The notes under the pieces were generated by a model, which had not been told where the DNA came from, did not search any database, and saw nothing but the letters and a program-made list of their open reading frames with translations. Positions 59,292 to 64,000 of a stretch of DNA of 64,000 bases are shown one piece after another. This DNA is from Eubacteriales bacterium (GTDB taxonomy: Bacteria; Bacillota; Clostridia; Oscillospirales; CAG-272). Position numbers and translations under genes: made by a program. The stretch's first letter is position 1; each line of letters begins with the position of its first letter. Location of the stretch: the NCBI GenBank assembly GCA_045127235.1, contig JBGVPY010000065.1, forward strand, positions 5,546 to 69,545. Direction: 5' to 3'.

Positions 59292-61022
59292 ATGGCGAAA
59301 TTAATTCTTAAAGCACCTTACTATAAGCCAAACCATAGAACAGATACAGGAGCAACAAGAGGTGGCTATGTCGAGTATATTGCCAAGCGTGAGGGAGTCG
59401 AAATTCTCCGTAGCGGTATGGCTGAATATATAGGTCAAAGGCAAGGCTCCCACGGAATGTTTTCTGACGAGGGAGTGAGCATTAATCTATCTAAAATCAA
59501 GCAAGAAATTGACGAGCACGCAGGAAATGTGTGGGGCTTAATTATCTCTTTAAAGCGAGAGGATGCAGAAAGGCTTGGCTACAACACAGCCGAACAATGG
59601 ATGAATATTATTCGCTCTCGCAGAAACGATATTGCAAGTCAAATGCATATATCCCCGTCCAATCTTCGTTGGTGTGCAGCCTACCATAACAAGGAGTTAA
59701 ATCCTCATACTCATATTATGGTTTGGTCAAAAAATCCAAGCGAGCCATACCTAACACGCACAGGAATTCACAACCTGAAAGCGGTATTTGCTAGCGATAT
59801 ATTCCGTCAGGAGCTAACCTCTATTTACAAAAAGCAGACTAGTGCTCGTGATAATATCAAGGAAAAATACAAGATAAAAATTAGAAATCTAATTAAGGAT
59901 ATTCGAAATGGCAATCACAATATATCTCCAGAGCTTGTTCTAAAAATGCAATTGCTTTTCGAAAAGCTAGACAAGCACAAGGGCAAAAAGGTGTACGGAT
60001 ATCTTAATAAGGACACAAAAAATCTTGTAAATGAGATAGTAAAATTGCTTGGAAAAGATGAAAAGATACAGGAGCTATACGATAGCTGGTACGGATATAA
60101 ATGCGAAACTGTTCGCACCTATACCGATACAATGCCAGAGAAAATTCCAATCGAGGAAAACGAGGAATTCAAATCTATTCGCAATAATGTTGTGCGTGTT
60201 GCAAGTGAGCTTGGGAAAATATCCGACCAACCCAGCCGTGAAATTGACTACGATTATTCACAATACGAGAACAAAAAAGATGACTTCGATTTTCTCTACC
60301 ATAAGGCAATGATAGAGGACAACCCAATCCTTTATTATCGCCTTGGCAGATATTATCTTGAAAAAACTGACGATATGGAAAACGCAGAATATTGGCTACG
60401 CTTATCAGCCGATAACGGAAATTCCTTGTCTGCCTATCTCATATATAAAGCATATCGTGACCATGAATTTGATGACACACCAAGCGATAAAATGAAATAT
60501 CTTTGCATGTCGGCAGATGCAGGCTTTGGCTATGCCGAATACGAATATGCAAAATATCTTATGGATAAATCTCCAAGCGAAGCTATGGAATATCTTAAAA
60601 GAGCATCAAATCACGGAAGCTTTCAAGCCGAATATGCCTATGGCAAAATGCTATTTGAGCAAGGCAAAAAAGAGGAAGCAAGACAATACTTTGATAAGTG
60701 TGCAAAAGAGGATGCGTGGACGGAAGCAAGAGTAGGACTTTTATACTACTACGAATATCAGGACTACGAAAAAGGAAAAGAGCTATTAAAGGATAGTGCC
60801 GAGCAAGGCTACACACCTGCCAAGGAAGCATTAAAAGCAATCGAGCAAGGCATCAATGCTCAAATCGTAATAGGCGTGTGCGACCTGTTCTATTACGCAA
60901 GCAATATCATAGAGGAAAGGTGCGAGGATATGTATTCAAAAGAGCATCAGGTAAGCTACCACGGAATAGACAGAAAGCAACGCAAGGAAAACCAAGCAAA
61001 AAGGCATGGTATGTCATGGTAA
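59292..61022 (+). CDS. relaxase-like protein (MobL-type from memory) fused to C-terminal Sel1/TPR-like repeats
   Basis: GGYVEYIAKREGV (Tyr motif), NPHTHIMVW (HxH). C-terminal repeats AEYEYAKYLMD and AEYAYGKMLFEQGKKEEARQYF. Confidence 0.6.
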   Translation: MAKLILKAPYYKPNHRTDTGATRGGYVEYIAKREGVEILRSGMAEYIGQRQGSHGMFSDEGVSINLSKIKQEIDEHAGNVWGLIISLKREDAERLGYNTAEQWMNIIRSRRNDIASQMHISPSNLRWCAAYHNKELNPHTHIMVWSKNPSEPYLTRTGIHNLKAVFASDIFRQELTSIYKKQTSARDNIKEKYKIKIRNLIKDIRNGNHNISPELVLKMQLLFEKLDKHKGKKVYGYLNKDTKNLVNEIVKLLGKDEKIQELYDSWYGYKCETVRTYTDTMPEKIPIEENEEFKSIRNNVVRVASELGKISDQPSREIDYDYSQYENKKDDFDFLYHKAMIEDNPILYYRLGRYYLEKTDDMENAEYWLRLSADNGNSLSAYLIYKAYRDHEFDDTPSDKMKYLCMSADAGFGYAEYEYAKYLMDKSPSEAMEYLKRASNHGSFQAEYAYGKMLFEQGKKEEARQYFDKCAKEDAWTEARVGLLYYYEYQDYEKGKELLKDSAEQGYTPAKEALKAIEQGINAQIVIGVCDLFYYASNIIEERCEDMYSKEHQVSYHGIDRKQRKENQAKRHGMSW

Positions 61023-61115
61023 TTGATAACTCTTTGATAACTTTCTGTGTCCTTGCTGGATATATGCTCGAACATGTGGTATCTTGTGAGTACCAAAAAA
61101 CGAAAGGAGAAACAA

Positions 61116-62279
61116 ATGTCAGCTAAAAGACGACCTCAAGGTGACGGAACAATACGCAAGCGAGTTGATGGCAGATGGGAAGGGCGAATTATTATCGGTC
61201 ATAAAAGCAACGGAATGCCCATATATAAATCGGTGTTTGGTAAAACTCAAAAAGCAACCCTTGCCGAGCTACACAAGCTAATCGACCAATACCAAGGCGT
61301 TGATTTAAGCGAGGAATGTAGAATGACTCTTGGCGAGTGGCTAGATAAATGGCTTGATGAGTATATGATTTTTACCATACGAGAAAATACCTTAGCAAGA
61401 TATCGCAATATGGTTGACAACCAAATAAAGCCATATATAGGAAATAAAAGGCTAACCTCGCTAACAACAGTAGATATTCAAAAGCTTTATACCAAGCTAA
61501 AAAAAGAAGGACGATTAAGAGAGCATCCCATACACGGTCGTCAACTCTCCGATAGCATGGTAAGAGGTGTGCATATGATGCTACACCAAGCACTTGAAAT
61601 GGCAGTAACTGAAAGACTAATCGTTAAAAATCCAACCAAGGGAACAACCATTCCCAAAAAGAACTATGCCGAAAAGCAGATTTTGTGCGACAGTCAGCTT
61701 GAAATATTCAAGGAAGCCATAAAGAAAGAGCCATATTGGAGCGACCTGTTCTATGTAGAAATAATGACAGGACTACGCAAGGGAGAGCTGTGTGGGCTTA
61801 AATGGAGCGATATAGATTTTATATTGGGCACAATGTGTATCAGACGTTCAGTTTCAAAGACCAAGGATGGAATTGTTATAGGAGAAACAAAAACTGATGC
61901 AGGGGTAAGAAAAATAATTCTACCACCAAGCGTAATTGAGCTATTGCAGAGAAAAAAGCAAGAAGCAACAAGCGAGTGGATTTTCCCACACTATGCAAAT
62001 CCAAGTGAGCCTATGCATCCCGAGGTTGCTTATCGAAAGCTTAAAACAATACTCAAAAACGCAGGCTTGCCACTAATAAGATTTCACGACCTACGACACA
62101 CATTTGCAACCCATGCACTACAAGGCGGAGTTGATGCCAAAACATTATCTGGAATTTTAGGACACACAAACGCAAGCTTTACTCTTGACACCTACACTCA
62201 TGTAACCAGCGATATGCAGAAAAACGCATCAGATATAGTAGGTAAAATGATGCAGAAATTTATAAGAAAGGACAACTAA
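61116..62279 (+). CDS. int: tyrosine integrase 1
   Basis: N-terminal GDGTIRKRVDGRWEGRIIIG arm-type domain. RFHDLRHTFAT...LGHTNASFTLDTYTH catalytic signature. Confidence 0.9.
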   Translation: MSAKRRPQGDGTIRKRVDGRWEGRIIIGHKSNGMPIYKSVFGKTQKATLAELHKLIDQYQGVDLSEECRMTLGEWLDKWLDEYMIFTIRENTLARYRNMVDNQIKPYIGNKRLTSLTTVDIQKLYTKLKKEGRLREHPIHGRQLSDSMVRGVHMMLHQALEMAVTERLIVKNPTKGTTIPKKNYAEKQILCDSQLEIFKEAIKKEPYWSDLFYVEIMTGLRKGELCGLKWSDIDFILGTMCIRRSVSKTKDGIVIGETKTDAGVRKIILPPSVIELLQRKKQEATSEWIFPHYANPSEPMHPEVAYRKLKTILKNAGLPLIRFHDLRHTFATHALQGGVDAKTLSGILGHTNASFTLDTYTHVTSDMQKNASDIVGKMMQKFIRKDN

Positions 62280-62280
62280 T

Positions 62281-63696
62281 ATGCCAAGACAAATGAGAAA
62301 GCAAGGCGAGGGAAGCATATTCCAACGCAAGGACGGAAGATGGGAAGGCAGAGTAATGATAGGCTATAACGAAAAGGGCAATCCCAAGACAAAAAGCGTA
62401 TTTGCCCATACCAAGGGCGAGTGCGAGGAAAAGCTCGAAAGATTAAAAGCCGAGTGTGGTAGAAGAAACGACCGAATGAAGCCGGATATGAATTTTGGCG
62501 ATTGGATGGACTTGTGGTATCAATATTTTTGCAAGCCAAGGCTTCGTATAACAACACAAGCTTGCTATGAGGGAAGAATTTATACTCATATAATCCCCGA
62601 AATAGGTCATATTCCACTGAATAAGCTAACACAAAATGACCTTCAGCAATTCTACGCAAGAATAAAAAGAACAGGCAGAAAAAAGAATGTAGAGAAAAAA
62701 GGCACAGCCTTGTCCGATAGAAGTGTTCGTTCCTGTCATGCAGCATGTCATTCAGCACTTGAAAAGGCAGTAGAGGAAGGACTAATTCAAAGAAACCCCT
62801 CAATCGGCTGTAAGCTTCCACCGAAAAAGGGAGCAGAAATGAAAATATTAACCCAAGCAGAAATAACAAGATTGTTAATTCAAGCCGACTACGAGGGATA
62901 TTATGAAATGTTTCTTCTGGAGCTAACAACAGGAATGCGCCGAGGAGAGCTACTTGGACTTAAATGGCAGGACTTGAACACCGATACAGGCGAGCTAAAA
63001 ATAGTAAGACAATTAACAACAAAAGGAATAAGCACACCGAAAACAAAAAGCTCCATAAGGAGCATATTCCTACCAAGAGATATGGTAGAGCTTCTTATAG
63101 AGCTTAGAAAAAACACTAAAAGCGAATGGATGTTTCCATCACCTGTAAAAAATGGCGAGCCAAGACACCCATCATCAATAACAAAGAAATTTCGCATAAT
63201 GCTTGAAAGAGCAAATTGCAAGCATATACGCTTTCACGACCTACGCCACACCTTCGCTACAATGGCACTTGAAAACGGAATAGATATAAAGACACTATCA
63301 AGCATGATAGGACATGTATCATCAGAAACCACACTCAATATTTATAGCCATGTAACCGATACAATGCGAGTGCAAGCATCAGTTAAAATAGATAGAGAAA
63401 TCGGTGGTACAAACGCACAAATGCCCGAATTTGAGGAAAAAGAGCCAGAGGTAGAGAGCACACCCACAAACGAAAAATTCGAGCCGTCTAAGCCAAAGCA
63501 CCGCAAAAACGGAACAGGCTGTATCACAATGATAAATGACCACCTCTATGAAGGCAGATATACCCCCTGCCTAAACGGAAAAAGAATCTCCAAAAATGTT
63601 TATGCCAAAACAAGGGAAGAGTGCGAACAAAAGCTCGCTGAGCTAATCGTGCAAATGAAAGCAGAAATAGCTAAGCTAAAAAAGAAAAATGCATAA
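62281..63696 (+). CDS. int: tyrosine integrase 2 with a C-terminal repeat of the N-terminal arm-type motif
   Basis: GEGSIFQRKDGRWEGRVMIG. RFHDLRHTFAT...IGHVSSETTLNIYSH. C-terminal NGTGCITMINDHLYEGRY...TREECEQKLAEL. Confidence 0.9.
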   Translation: MPRQMRKQGEGSIFQRKDGRWEGRVMIGYNEKGNPKTKSVFAHTKGECEEKLERLKAECGRRNDRMKPDMNFGDWMDLWYQYFCKPRLRITTQACYEGRIYTHIIPEIGHIPLNKLTQNDLQQFYARIKRTGRKKNVEKKGTALSDRSVRSCHAACHSALEKAVEEGLIQRNPSIGCKLPPKKGAEMKILTQAEITRLLIQADYEGYYEMFLLELTTGMRRGELLGLKWQDLNTDTGELKIVRQLTTKGISTPKTKSSIRSIFLPRDMVELLIELRKNTKSEWMFPSPVKNGEPRHPSSITKKFRIMLERANCKHIRFHDLRHTFATMALENGIDIKTLSSMIGHVSSETTLNIYSHVTDTMRVQASVKIDREIGGTNAQMPEFEEKEPEVESTPTNEKFEPSKPKHRKNGTGCITMINDHLYEGRYTPCLNGKRISKNVYAKTREECEQKLAELIVQMKAEIAKLKKKNA

Positions 63697-63857
63697 AAAT
63701 AGATGGGTGAGCAAACGCTCACCCATTAAAAAATCGACCTTTAATTCTCAAAAATCGAGAATAAAAAAATCGAAACAATATATAGACATTGGTGAAATTC
63801 TTTGTTAAAATTAAGGTGTAAGTTGTACAGCTTAAAAAATGCAAGGGAGCTGATAAA

Positions 63858-64000
63858 ATGAAAATCACATTAGCAGATAATATTAGAAATTTAAGAAAGG
63901 CCAAAGGATTAACACAAGAGCAATTTGCTGAAATAATGGGCGTTTCTTTGCAAAGCATAAGTAGATGGGAAACAGGTGTTTCAGAGCCTAACATTCAGAT
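63858..64000 (+). CDS. XRE-family HTH protein, 5' part (runs off the window)
   Basis: MKITLADNIRNLRKAKGLTQEQFAEIMGVSLQSISRWETG. Confidence 0.75.
   Translation, partial: MKITLADNIRNLRKAKGLTQEQFAEIMGVSLQSISRWETGVSEPNIQ

Larger units (their letters stand above)
56470..63700. mobile_element. integrative mobilisable element-like module (iterons, rep, xis, RHH, relaxase, two integrases)
   Basis: Based on gene content listed below. The boundaries are approximate and the element may extend beyond the window. Confidence 0.5.

Noticed and set aside
62276-63994. Minus-strand ORFs 62276-62929, 62901-63221, 63342-63527 and 63719-63994
   Set aside because: They are antisense to the integrase 2 and XRE genes, which carry unambiguous catalytic and HTH motifs.

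Overview
AT-rich, Bacillota/Clostridia-like DNA that is almost entirely accessory. It is a mosaic of mobile and defence modules with at least five site-specific recombinase genes. (1) 1-16.5 kb is an integrated element next to a large serine recombinase. It has a LexA/CI-type S24 repressor, a long plus-strand operon of secreted and membrane proteins, a polytopic-membrane P-loop NTPase, and an HUH rolling-circle Rep interrupted by an in-frame TAG. I recognise no capsid, terminase, portal, tail or lysis genes. My best reading is an unusually large inovirus-like (ssDNA, extrusion-type) prophage. (2) 18.4-31.6 kb is a defence super-operon: Type I R-M (hsdM, three hsdS-type ORFs, an embedded tyrosine recombinase, hsdR), a GmrSD-like DUF262 enzyme, and a co-transcribed three-gene membrane module of unknown function. 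That module is my top candidate for an undescribed system. (3) 31.6-40.1 kb (minus strand) looks like the leading region of a conjugative element and carries anti-defence genes: ArdA, DUF4326, PcfJ-like, a stand-alone MutS domain I fusion, and many small acidic proteins. (4) 40.6-47.1 kb holds an XRE regulator, an AAA ATPase and a large serine recombinase, with an unknown ~120-aa domain present four times. It also holds a Zn-ribbon + PARG-like macro pair and ends at a tRNA-Pro-like 3' fragment. (5) 47.6-56.5 kb holds a Type II(S)-like R-M with three methyltransferase domains and a 1414-aa Mrr-nuclease-STAND (Avs-like) protein. (6) 56.5-63.7 kb is an integrative mobilisable element: iterons, Rep-like HTH, Xis, RHH, a relaxase-Sel1 fusion and two tandem tyrosine integrases. 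I saw no rRNA, intact tRNA or CRISPR array. All functional calls rest on motifs read from the translations and were not checked against databases.
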